Below the pieces are notes generated by a model that worked only from the letters and a program-made list of their open reading frames with translations, made no database searches and was not told the DNA's origin. A program made the position numbers and the translations under genes. From Somniosus microcephalus (taxonomy: Eukaryota), in the NCBI GenBank assembly GCA_052327205.1, contig CM126207.1:28706001-28770000 (forward strand): 64,000 bases of DNA, given 5' to 3'. Every line of letters begins with the position of its first letter. Positions within the stretch are counted from its first letter, which is position 1. Shown here piece after piece: positions 50,511-61,446 of this stretch.

Positions 50511-51209
50511 GTGAGCATATTGATTAGATTGGAGTAAGAAAAGGCTGTTCACTTTTACCTTGCCTGTTATTTAGATCTACACATAGGACTCATTTATAAC
50601 ACTCTGCCATTCGCTCATGTAATATTTTCTGCAAATGTAGATGCTACAGCCTTTAATATTGCTGAATTAAAGTAAGGAGCAGTTCCAACACAGTGCACAT
50701 GTCAGGATCATCCCTTCATGTTCTGTACATCCACACTTGTCTTACATGACATCAAAAGATGGTGATACTGTCGAAATTAACTTGATTTGTTCCAGTGGGG
50801 CCATAAAGTCTTCAAACAGCCTGTGAGATAAGACCCTTAAACTATGGAATTATTATGGGATTAATGACTGCCGATGCATGGTTTAGATGAAAAAAGAGCA
50901 CTGAGTTTGGAAAATGTTCCTGTTGTAGCCTGTGTCCGCGCGCCCCCCTCCTCACCCCGCATCTTGTGTGTTTGATGGCAGGACATTGCAACCCATTTTA
51001 ACGCTTAAACATGCATAGTAAGCTGTTTACCTGTAAAGACTGTTCAGTGACTTGATAATTTAATGATTCAAACTTGAACTTGTAGAAAGAGCCCATAAAG
51101 ATTATCTGAAGTTAGTTCCAGAAATTGTTTTTTTCTTAAAAATTGTCAGTGCATTTAGCTGCAGGTTTGATATTTGTTTAGGTAAATATTCTATTGTATG
51201 TTCTTTCAG

Positions 51210-51347
51210 GTTCGACATGAGCTAGCCGGAAAAGTCTTTGACTGTTGCAGTTTTATTATGAAACATGACTTTAAAGTGACGATCTATCTGCTACCTCATA
51301 TTCTAGTCTACATTTTGCTTGGGTGTGATGAAGAGGATCAACGTGAA
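51210..51347 (+). CDS. ATR: ATR exon 26 (138 nt)
   Basis: VRHELAGKVFDCCSFIMKHDFKVTIYLLPHILVY. Confidence 0.95.
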
Positions 51348-51469
51348 GTAAGAAGCCAGTAACTATAAGGAATATAGTTAATATACTATTCACAGACAAT
51401 GCTTTGTGACGATCCCAGCCTGTTTTTGCTTTCCACAAGAACCACACCAGTAAAACATTGTATATTAGT

Positions 51470-52104
51470 CACAAAAACAAAATGCTGGAAATACTCAGCA
51501 GGTCAGGCAGCATCTGTAGAGAGAAACAGTTAACGTTTCAGGTTGATGACCGACCCTTCGTCACAACTGGAAAAAGCTGGAGATCGAACAGGTTTTTAAG
51601 CAAGTGCAGGGGTGGGGGGAGGGGAGGAGAGGAAAGAACAAAAGGGAAGGTCTGTGATGGGATGGAAGGCAGGAGAGATTAAGAGATGGTGCAAGGCAAA
51701 AGGAGATGGTAATGGGACAAGTTAAGAAACAAAAGATGGCTCTGGATGAAGTGTAAATGGCTCTGGCAGAAGGAGAGACAGCTGCCATTGTATATTAGTT
51801 CTTCCGCCCCCCCCCCTTTCTTTTTTTCTCTCCCACATGGCAGCTGTCTCCCATTCTGCCAGCGCATTTCACACCTAATCTAGAGCCGTCTTTTGTCTCC
51901 ACTAGTCCTATCACCGTCTCGTTTTGTATACCTCTTAATGTCTCTGCTTCTCTTTTGTTCTCTCCCAGCCTGGCCTCTTAATCTATTTCATTTCCTGTGC
52001 TTCTTTAGTCTTGACAAAGGGTTTGACCCGAAACGTTGACTCTATTTTCTCTCCACGGCTGTTGCCTGGCCTGCTGAGTTTTTCCAGCATTTTCTGTTGT
52101 TATA
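51470..52104. mobile_element. Two inverted Penelope-like element termini with decayed hammerhead motifs
   Basis: Minus strand agttGTGACGAagggtc...GAAACGTTaact; plus strand agtcTTGACAAagggtttgacccGAAACGTTgact; ends homologous to 8922-9146. Confidence 0.65.
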
Positions 52105-52801
52105 GCTGGTACTATGTTGAGAAGAGAAAGAAAAGATAGTTCTTATCAAACCTTATTAGATTTCAAAGGAAAGATTGGTCATTCTCTGGGAGCTACCCTG
52201 AAATATAAAAATGCAGTGAAGTTTGATCTGGACCAGGTCACTGTTCAATGTCCAGACTTTTGATTGGCTGGGGAAAAACATAAGTATATTACATAATTAT
52301 ATCAGTACATATAAAAAGATTTCGAATCTTAACTTTGAGGAAATGGGTAGCAAAAGATGGGGTAGGATACTGCAAAAAAAAAAGTTTTACTTTTAAAAAA
52401 AAAAAAAAGACAATTAGATGAAAAATAAAACTAGGATGACTAAAGTTGACTTGTTTAAAAATGTTTTTTTAATTAAAATCATGTTTTAAGTGTTTTAGTC
52501 CTGGAGGGTTAGTATTACAAAATAAAAGCTGCTTCTAACATTGCAGCAGGTTTATTACTGAATAGTTGTTTAACGCGGTGTGCAAGATAAAAATTTATGG
52601 AACTGTCCAGTGAGAGATTATTTTTATCAACGTATTGGCAGTCTCGGAGTTAAAATGCTGAGCACAAAAAAACCTAATAATCAATATTGAGTTTAGCATC
52701 AATCTGATGAAACCCTTTGCTGAAAGATTGAATCTGTCGAGTTTAGCTGAAAGGGGACTGTAAATAGTTCTTGTGGAGAAACCTTTTTATTTCTTCTGCA
52801 G

Positions 52802-53009
52802 GTGTATTCAGAGATAATGGCTGTCCTAAAGCATGACGAGGCCTGGGATAGGAGGTTGCAGGACAGTGCATCAGACCTGAGTCAGTTGAGTACACAGACT
52901 GTTTTCTCTATGTTGGATCATCTTGCACAGTGGTCCAGGCACAAATTACAGGCTCTTAGCTCTGAGAAAAGTGCAAGCAGATCCAGCAAGGACAGAGGGG
53001 GCCCTAATG
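52802..53009 (+). CDS. ATR: ATR exon 27 (208 nt)
   Basis: VYSEIMAVLKHD...QLSTQTVFSMLDHLAQW; G|gtgagt. Confidence 0.94.
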
Positions 53010-53849
53010 GTGAGTCACTCAAAGTACATCTGATGGTTACTCACAAGAGTACCCGTGCGAGACATGTCGGTAACTGTTTCAAAATGAAAACTGCACCTAC
53101 CCACTTTAAAGAAAGATTATGATATATAATGATTGCGTTACTTTCTGGTAAGCAATTGCAGATTATTACTTCATTAACTTGCAGTTGTGCATCAACTTTG
53201 AATAGCACTTTCTGGCTGTTGATGCCTACCTGAAAAAAAAGCAGTGAGGAAATAAAACTGCTCCAACAAAGTCCAAAATATGCAGTAAAAAAATGGATAC
53301 ATGTGAATGATTTTAATGCAGTAATCGTGCCAGCTTTTAGAGGGTCTTGCATACGTGACACAAAATAATTATTTGATAAATAATTGGTTATGGAATTTTG
53401 AATAAATTAATTAGAATTCCTTAAAATCTTAAGCAGTTGAGTCCAGATTTGATAGGGGGCGACGTTTAGGTGACGCTATCATAATAAAGATAAAAGAGAT
53501 CTTATCAGAGGTGATCTTCAAAAGTTGCAGTGGAGTTCTAGGCAATCTGATGCTCTTTAGGAATTTGTGTTTTTTATTTGCTGGGAAGCTGCCGAGGGAT
53601 TTGCAGTTTTGTACAGGCGTTTAGTTCTGAACTAAAAGCTTGTTCCCCAAGGTTTCACCTATTGATTTACTGATCCACAAACACTGTAGGTCTCCTGGTA
53701 AGCCACCAGAAAATACAACCGCCCCCCCCCCCCCCCCCCCCAACTGATGGGCAAAAAATGAAAGTATAAAAGAAGAACCTTGGCAAAGGAGGCGTTTGAT
53801 CTTCCGGCATCCATCTGAGCTCTTTTCCACTTGTCAGCCTCCATCTTTG

Positions 53850-54212
53850 ACTAAAATCTGCCAGGTCCTGGCTGTCTTACATTTGACGGTTGAAGCGTCC
53901 TCATGGCTGTTAATGCTGCTGAAGCGCTTTTAGCGACTGTACACATGGGCATGCTTTGGAGAGGGCGGCAAGAGGAGCGGCGATATCTAAAATAGATGAG
54001 CAGGCGTCAACTCAGCGTTGCACGCCGATTGACGTCACGCTCCGACTCATTACAATACTTTCGGCGAGTGCCGGCAGCAGCAGCGCTGCCAACCTCCTGA
54101 AAATGGCGGCTGCTGCGGGACCCGCCGGCAGCGGGTGAAAGTGTGGCAGCTGCCATTTTTTTCCCCGAATCGGGCGGTAACGGCCGGCAGTAAGACCTCG
54201 AATTTTTAGCCC
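53850..54212. mobile_element. Harbinger-like MITE, 3' part
   Basis: CpG-rich; ends in AATTTTTAGCCC like the other family members; left end not resolved. Confidence 0.45.
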
Positions 54213-54676
54213 TTGGTTTTTCTCAAAAGTAAGAACTGTTTTGTTCCCAAACTCTCAAAATGAGATAAAGATTCTGTTATAATAATTCAACAAGCTTCAC
54301 ACTGCAATGAATCTCTTTTGTAGCTTCTTTGTTGAGAGCTGAATGTTTTGCATAGGTTTACGCTTTCACTTTTTAAATCTTTGGCTGAAATTAGTTTAGA
54401 ATATAGTTGTGAAAGTGCCAAGAGCTACCACTAATCAATGTTACATTCCAACGCTCTTGAATGTTAGTTAAATTCAGTGGCTAGTATCAGCAATGTTCTT
54501 CCTGCTACTGAGCATGCTTGATGCTGCATCATTACTTATGAAATTTCAGTCACATGATCGAATCAGCAAGTATAAATCTATTATATGTCTCTTGCCTTGG
54601 GAAGGACAGGAGTGGGTGGGAACAAGATTTTTTAAAGTCATACAACAGTGATGGAGATTAATGATGTCGTAAGGAC

Positions 54677-56841
54677 TAGGGTTGCAAAGGGGTGGAAAGT
54701 TTCCGGGAAATTTCCGGAAATTTTCCACGGGAAGTTTAGCTTGGGAATTTTGCCCAAAAAAGCACATGCTAGCATAATATTGTTTTTTTTTGTATTTCTT
54801 TCTTTTTTTCCACAGGTCCTCTCTTAAAATTACTAAGAGATGGAATCTTAATTATTAAGGAATTTCTTAATCAATATATGTTTATCTTCTTACTTGGCTT
54901 GTTTTAATAATTACAAGTTTTGTGTGTGACTGTGAACAAATGTGTCCTGATTGAGTGGATGAGCAATTAGCTCCCTCTATTTGTAATATTTGCATATCGA
55001 ATTGTGATTGGCCTGCAGGCATCTGTAAGACTGCTATAGTTTTTTTAAGATCCAGGTTAGGGGTCCTGAGGGAAGTCATTTTGTTTTCTGCTGATGTTGT
55101 GATGATGCAGTAAGTAAATCAGACTTTATACCAAATAAACCAGTTACTTGTTGAACTCTGTTGTCCTTCAATTTAAAATATACAAAATAATACACTATTG
55201 GTGATGTAGCATCGTGTGTGTACAGGTCATGCTTCCATCACATGGAGCATCAGCAAAAATGTACTCACCCTGTTGCAATCGTGATCAACCGCAGTTCGAC
55301 ACAGAGATGAATGCCCTTTATTTCTCTGCATAGAACAATGCCACGTTTACCGTCGGATGTGTGGAAGCATTTTACCCCAGGCATTAAAGATGGAAAGACT
55401 GTAGAAAGCCATATGTAAAGAATGCCACAAAGATGCAGCAGCATTTATCCAAATGCAACAACTTCACTCATATTACGTCTATTGGGTGCGCAGCTCATGG
55501 GCTTAACCTGCTCCTCAAGGACATCATGGGTTTGAGAACCATGGAAGCACTGTACAAGAGAGCCAAGCAAGTTGTTAAGTATGTCAGGGGAAAACAGGTA
55601 GTTGCAGCAACCTACAACTCCAAGCAAATGACAAAGAACAAGAACACCACACTGAAGCTGCCCAACAACACTAGATGGGGTGGTGTTGTCATAATGTACA
55701 ACAGCCTTCTGGAGGGTAAGGAGTTGCTGCAAGAAATGGCAATATCCCAGTCTGGGGATATGGAAACCACCATCAAGAAAATACTGCTGGATGATGTGTT
55801 TTGGGAGAGAGTGGTTAGCAGCCTTAAACTATTCTCACCAGTAGCATATGCAATTGCTCAGATTGAAGGAGATGACGCTGTCTTGTCAGATGTTCTCAGG
55901 CTTTTTACTGATTTAAAAGAACAAATCAGCATTGCCCTACCCACATCCCTGCTGCTCAAAGCAGAGGAGAAGGCAATTGTTCAATTCATACAGACGCGTC
56001 AAGAATTTTGTGTCAAGCCGATTCATGCTGCAGCATACATGCTGGACCCAAAGCATGTTGGGAGACCAATACTTTCTGGAGAACAGATCAACAGCGCTTA
56101 CAGTGTGATTTCTACCCTCTCACACCATCTCAATCTGGATGTGGGCAAAGTTCTGGGAAGTCTGGCAAAGTTCTCTACCAAGCAAGGTCTTTGGAATGGG
56201 GATGGGATATGGGAATCATGCAAGCATATCAGTGCACATACCTGGTGGAAGGGACTTTGTGCATCTGAGGCCCTGTCACCTATTGCATCGGTGATACTCC
56301 AAATCCCACCTTCATCAGCGGCCTCTGAACGAAACTGGTCACTTTTTGGGAATACGCATACAAAGGTGCGCAACAGGCTGACTAACAAGAGAGTGGAGAA
56401 ACTGGTGGCTATCCGTGCGAACTTACAACTTATTGAGCCAGATACAGAAGTGTCCACCACACAGCTAGACACTGACACAGAGGAGGAAATGGACACGTCA
56501 GAGTCAGAGAATCAGGAGGAGCAGTGAGGAGTAGAAGACTCATGAGTAGAAGACTCAAAGGGACAAAATAAGGACAAATTACAGGCTAAATAAGCTGACG
56601 CTCTTTTTATTTTATTTTAGATGGGTCTTTTTTGTGGGGGTTCAATAAAGTTCAAAATTATAACCTAAATAAAGTTTTGAAAGCCTGTTTTTATTTGTAT
56701 GGAACAGTATGTCTATTTTGACGACAAAGATAATATAAGGGTCAGAGACAAAAACCATCAGTGTGCAAAAAAACTCTAAATTCCCGAAAATTCCCATGGA
56801 AAGTTTCCTCTTTTAAAAATTCCCAGAATTTTGCAACCCTA
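54677..56841 (+). mobile_element. hAT DNA transposon, internally deleted (2165 bp)
   Basis: Perfect 12-bp TIR TAGGGTTGCAAA; perfect 8-bp TSD GTAAGGAC (54669-76, 56842-49); subterminal GGAAA/TTTCC repeats. Confidence 0.93.
55338..56527 (+). pseudogene. hAT transposase, defective (broken BED finger fused to the CxxH/RW/dimerization half)
   Basis: MPRLPSDVWKHF..KTV, then a frameshift to CRKPYVKNATKMQQHLSKC, joined directly to HITSIGCAAHGLNL. TRWGG and SSAASERNWSLF are retained; the region with the first two catalytic Asp is absent. Confidence 0.85.
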
Positions 56842-57132
56842 GTAAGGACTCTGGTGTGACACCAGAACAGCTATTGTTTCAGAATGAAGAGCAACGTTAA
56901 TGAGCAGATGCAGTATGTAGACTTGGGTAATCTCACTATTGATCGATGTATACTAATTTTTTTTTTTAATTGACTAGTGCAGTGAAGTTGATTGAAAGAC
57001 ATGCAAGTTCTTTATGCAAATTCTGTGGAAATTACATTGGAGGTGTGCTGTACACTATTTTCTCTTATGTACAAAATACTATTGCAATAAAATGCAGTTG
57101 CCTACCATGAGGCTGTTTTTGTTTTGTTGCAG

Positions 57133-57311
57133 TTTCAAGCTCAGGATACAAGGAGTATAAAAACGTCACCTCTTTTCTGGACCTCATACCCCAGGATGCT
57201 CTTGCTGTAGCTTCTTTTCGATCCAAGGCTTATACTCGAGCAGTGATGCACTTTGAGTCCTTCATCACGGAAAAGAAAGAGAACATTCAGCAGCACCTTG
57301 GATTTTTGCAG
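57133..57311 (+). CDS. ATR: ATR exon 28 (179 nt)
   Basis: FLDLIPQDALAVASFRSKAYTRAVMHFESFI; CAG|gtcaaa. Confidence 0.93.
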
Positions 57312-57556
57312 GTCAAAGGAGTAGATAAGTAATCGAAATTTCCAAAATGATCGGTGATTGAGCAATCTGAAAATAAGTCTATTTCATGAAATATCAGAGG
57401 TTCAGAGAAATCTCTTCGAAACTTATGATTAATGTGTACTAGCAACAACAACAAGAACAAAAATCACCAGTGCAGTAACGGTGATAAAAAGACATGCAAG
57501 TTCTTTGTAAAAGTAGCAACTGGACATTAAGGACAATTTTCTTCTTCCAAATACAG

Positions 57557-57721
57557 AAGCTATATGCAGCAATGCATGAGCCAGATGGAGTAGCTGGGGT
57601 CAGTGCAATCCGTAAAGGAGAGCGATCTCTCAGAGAGCAAATTCTGGAACACGAGAGCAGTGGACTGCTGAGAGATGCCACAGCTTGCTACGACAGGGCT
57701 ATTCAATTGGAACCTGATGAG
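57557..57721 (+). CDS. ATR: ATR exon 29 (165 nt)
   Basis: KLYAAMHEPDGVAGVSAIRK...LLRDATACYDRAIQLEP. Confidence 0.96.
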
Positions 57722-57884
57722 GTAAATGTCAAAATTAAATCAAAGCAAAATAAGTTAATGTAAACTGTGAGGCCCACTTGATCGTTTGATATGAAACTGA
57801 AGCCAGAATTTTCGTTTAAACATTGATTTGTGGAGATCAATGTTGTTTTACAAATTTTATATTGAAAATTGATTGTGCTTGTCT

Positions 57885-58190
57885 CTGTAGCTCAGTAGGT
57901 AAATGCACTGCCTGATATGGTACTGAGCCACACAGACTAAACAGGCCAAAGATGTGGTCCCTCATCCGAGCTCAGTTAGCTGATGTCAGCCAGAGCACCG
58001 GTGGAGTGTCTCCAAGCTAGGTAGGATTAGAAACCGGCTATGGATACTGCTGGTTAGTGCTCCTGGATGGATCGCAGGTGCAGACAGGATCTGGCTCGGC
58101 TGTGATTTCCCCCCTTGTGGTTGAATAGTCTGTGGGCATTCGCTGTCTGGATTCATACCTGAGGAATAGCTTTTTTGAACAAGTTACTTA
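57885..58190 (+). mobile_element. LF-SINE-like element, degenerate
   Basis: tRNA-like head gtagctcagtaggtaaatgcac...actgagccacacagac; gttagctgatgtcagcc. Confidence 0.5.
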
Positions 58191-58193
58191 GAG

Positions 58194-58640
58194 GAGTCAT
58201 AGAGTCATAACGGCACAGAAGGAGGCCATTTGGCCCATCGAGTCCGTGCCGGCTCTCTGTAGAGCAATCCAGTCAGTTCCATTCCCCCGCTCTATCCCTG
58301 TAGCCCTGCAAGTTTATTTCCCTCAAGTGCCTATCCAGTGTCCCCTTGAAAACATTGAGTGTCTCCGCTTCCATCACTTCTGTCGGCAGCAAGTTCCAGG
58401 TCCTCACCACTCTCTGCGTAAAAAAGTTTTCCCTCACGTCCCCCCTGTATCTCATGCCCAAAACCTTAAATCTGTGTCCCCTCGTCCTTGTACCATCAAC
58501 TAGTGGGAACAGCCTTTCCCCGTCTAGCCTATCCAAACCCTTCATAATCTTGTTCACCTCTGTCGAGTTACCCCTCAACCTCCTTTGCTTTAATGAAAAC
58601 AAATCCAGCTTCTCCAACCTGTCCTTGTAACTAAGATCCC
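58194..58640 (-). mobile_element. CR1 LINE 3' fragment
   Basis: LSYKDRLEKL...TRGHRFKV...FFTQRVV; tail (gagtcata)n. Confidence 0.85.
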
Positions 58641-58791
58641 CCAACTGCTGATGTGAGCAGTGATTCCTCCAATTACTTTCTTTTCCACCCCTTCGGCATC
58701 CTTTGTAGGAAAGTGCCTGGCCTGTATACAGCATCTTCACATTGGTAGTATGATAAAGATAAAGTGCCTCTTTATGTGTGACTTCAATCTA

Positions 58792-59118
58792 CAGGAAACT
58801 CTTTATTATCTGGCACCGGCGTGGTGCCGGTTTATCAAAAAGTCCGGATTACAGAGAGGTATAGTTAAAAGGTACGAGAGCTCCGTACACAACAACGAAT
58901 CCAGGCTTCCCTGTTGCTTAGCAACATGTGCAGGAACTCCGGCCACAGACCAAGCGTCCCTGTTGCTTAGCAACAAGTGCACAAACCCCAGTTACACAGC
59001 CACAGATCCAGGAACTGCCACTAATATGAAGTAAAACTTACCTGAACCTACCCCTGCATTTTGCCGGTTAACAGAAATTTCCGGTTCGTTTAGGTGCCGG
59101 TTAAAAGAGAGTTTCCTG
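58792..59118. mobile_element. Tigger/pogo-like MITE (family A, inverted)
   Basis: TA|CAGGAAACTCT ... AGAGTTTCCTG|TA. Confidence 0.87.
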
Positions 59119-59234
59119 TATACATTTTTGAGGTGTATGTATGTGATCATATTAACCTAATGAATGCTCATGAGACTTGTATATGGTTGTTGGAAGGGAC
59201 AGTTTGAAAGTGGCTTTCTTTTGTCTTGAATCAG

Positions 59235-59326
59235 ATTATTCACTATCACGGATTGATGAAGTCTATGCTTGGGCTTGGCCAGTTGTCCACGGTAATCACT
59301 CAGGTTAATGGAGTGCTTGCAAGCAG
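59235..59326 (+). CDS. ATR: ATR exon 30 (92 nt)
   Basis: IIHYHGLMKSMLGLGQLSTVITQVNGV. Confidence 0.95.
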
Positions 59327-60232
59327 GTATAGTCTATTTTACTTGGCTTTTTAAATCCATTGCTTTTGGAAATAGTTAAAATTGCTGGAATCATTTCATA
59401 TTATTAAGTTACATATTTTTAATATATTTTCTGGCAATCAAGCCCAGTTGATCACCCAATAAATTTGATGGGTATGGATAACACTGAGAAAGTAATGCTC
59501 TGGCCCCTTGGTTACCCCAGGCTTATACAAACAAGCCAATAGAAATAAAGTAATTATGGAAAGGATATTGTACGGTATTCATTGTGGAGGATGGTTTGGT
59601 ATCAGAATACTGATTACCTTGTGCTCCTTGAAAGTAACTATGTATTGTATGCTGATTCAATATGTATATGCATCCATAAATGTATTTTAATTTTCGAATG
59701 AATTTTGTTCTATTAAAATGCAAATAATGTTCTATTTGAAGCTTCAGGAGCCTATAGTTGGTTTTAAAATCATAACTTGAAAAAAATGTACAAAAGAAAT
59801 TATTTTATTTTTTAGTCTAAGATCAAATTATTAAATGCAGTTGATATTGTCCCTCCTAGACAAATGGGAGAAAGTATAATTTTACATTGGGTACATGGAT
59901 AAGTGTTGATGAAGGAGGAGCACTTAAACAACTTCTGATTCACAAGTCCTTATGCAAACGTATTACTTCTTTCCTTCAACAAGAAGAGCCATAATCCATA
60001 AATAAAAGTAAACTAAGATTTATTTTATAATTGTTGTTTTATTTATTTTAATGAAATTGTTTCATTTTGTTTTAGTTTTAGTCATTTTTTGTGTTACTGA
60101 AATAAAAGGAAATGGGAGCAAGGAATTTTGAACTGAATAAAGCTAAGCAGCTGGAGAATGGTTTTTAGCTTTGAAAGATTTGCATGAGATTTTATTCAAT
60201 GAACAACATATTAACTTGTTGTAAAGTCTGTA

Positions 60233-60565
60233 CAGGAAACTTTGTGATATCCGGCACCGACGGGACCGAGCTGTTGCCGATCTATCAAAACTGCCGGACG
60301 TACAAAGTTAATGTTGAAGCATACGGAGATTTTCATCTCCGTATCTGACAACAAACACTGTTGCTTAGCAACAGCTTCAAACAGTCGGCCCATACCTTGG
60401 AAGCGTCTCTGTAGCTTAGCAACAGCTTCAGAGAGACTTTCCAAAGCCTGACTGTTGGAAAAAAAAGCCACGAGAAGAAAAACAACCTAACAGAACGGCT
60501 CCTGATTTCTGCCGGTAGATCGAGGTTTCCGGACATACAACCTCCGGATAAACCAAAGTCTCCTG
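60233..60565. mobile_element. Tigger/pogo-like MITE (family B)
   Basis: TA|CAGGAAACTTTG ... CAAAGTCTCCTG|TA; near-identical to 29725-30057. Confidence 0.87.
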
Positions 60566-60644
60566 TACAATAAATAACAAACTAACCGTTTATATGTTTC
60601 TTAACTTCATCTGAGAATATATTACATTTAGTTGTTATTCACAG

Positions 60645-60736
60645 GCCTGAGTGGACCTCTGAATTGAACACATACAGAGTGGAGGCAGCATGGAAGCTAA
60701 CACATTGGGACTTGCTACAGAATTATGTGACTACAG
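60645..60736 (+). CDS. ATR: ATR exon 31 (92 nt)
   Basis: EWTSELNTYRVEAAWKLTHWDLL (FAT region). Confidence 0.95.
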
Positions 60737-60776
60737 GTAATAAATGAGGCAAAATAAAACTAGACTGAAACACACT

Positions 60777-61446
60777 GGGGGGAAAATTCAGTTGTTTGCG
60801 CCTCCCATTAGCGCCTTAAGAGGGCACTAATGGGGCGCAAAGCAACTAGCGCCCGGGCGCGGCGATGTTTGCACCGCTCGCGAAATTAACTAGACATTTT
60901 GCGGCGATGCTAAACACTACCGCCACGATCTCCTGCGCCAGCAGATTGTGACGTCAGTCGAGTGCGCAACACCCCGGTAGCGCCCCGGACCAGATATTGA
61001 GTGGCGCCCCCTGCCTTACCGCCTGCCGCTAGCAACGACAGGTTGAGGGGAGCGTTTTGCTGTCAGAAAAGGACTGGGGGAGCGCTATTTAAAGGCGACC
61101 GCTTCCTGCCGTTTTTTGTCGGTGACATTTTTGCACCACGCATTCTGAGAGAGAGAGACTTCTGGAGAGATTCAACGCTGTGTGAAGGAGTTTTGGGTAC
61201 TGAGCAGCACTTTGCAGGTTCATTTTGATTTGCCCTTCCTTGCTTCGCCAGCGCTCTGAGGTAGCGCCTCGCTCCTCGGCCTTTGCACCTTAAGACAGGT
61301 GTGAAGCGCCTGATTTAGCGCTCCAATCACCTCCGGGGCGATAAAAGCCAAGTTTGCCGTCGGAGGCGATAATTAGCGCCAGGCACTAAACTTTGCGCAC
61401 GGCCAATAATGGCGCCCCAAACGGGGCGATACTGAATTTTTCCCCC
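60777..61446. mobile_element. PIF/Harbinger-like MITE, CpG-rich
   Basis: TIRs GGGGGGAAAATTCAG / CTGAATTTTTCCCCC; flanks ACT/ACC (imperfect 3-bp TSD). Confidence 0.7.

Noticed and set aside
52698-52733. CTGATGA...GAAA as a hammerhead or C/D snoRNA
   Set aside because: No stem II pairing and no proper box D or terminal arrangement
55334-56527. In-frame ATR-transposase fusion protein, or a domesticated ZBED-like gene
   Set aside because: Exon 27 phase leads to a stop after ~23 codons, and intact TIRs/TSD plus deletions indicate a recent defective TE
11802-60536. Recurrent short ORFs ending ATDPGTATNMK or starting MSGNLDLPAEI
   Set aside because: Chance frames inside multicopy non-coding MITEs
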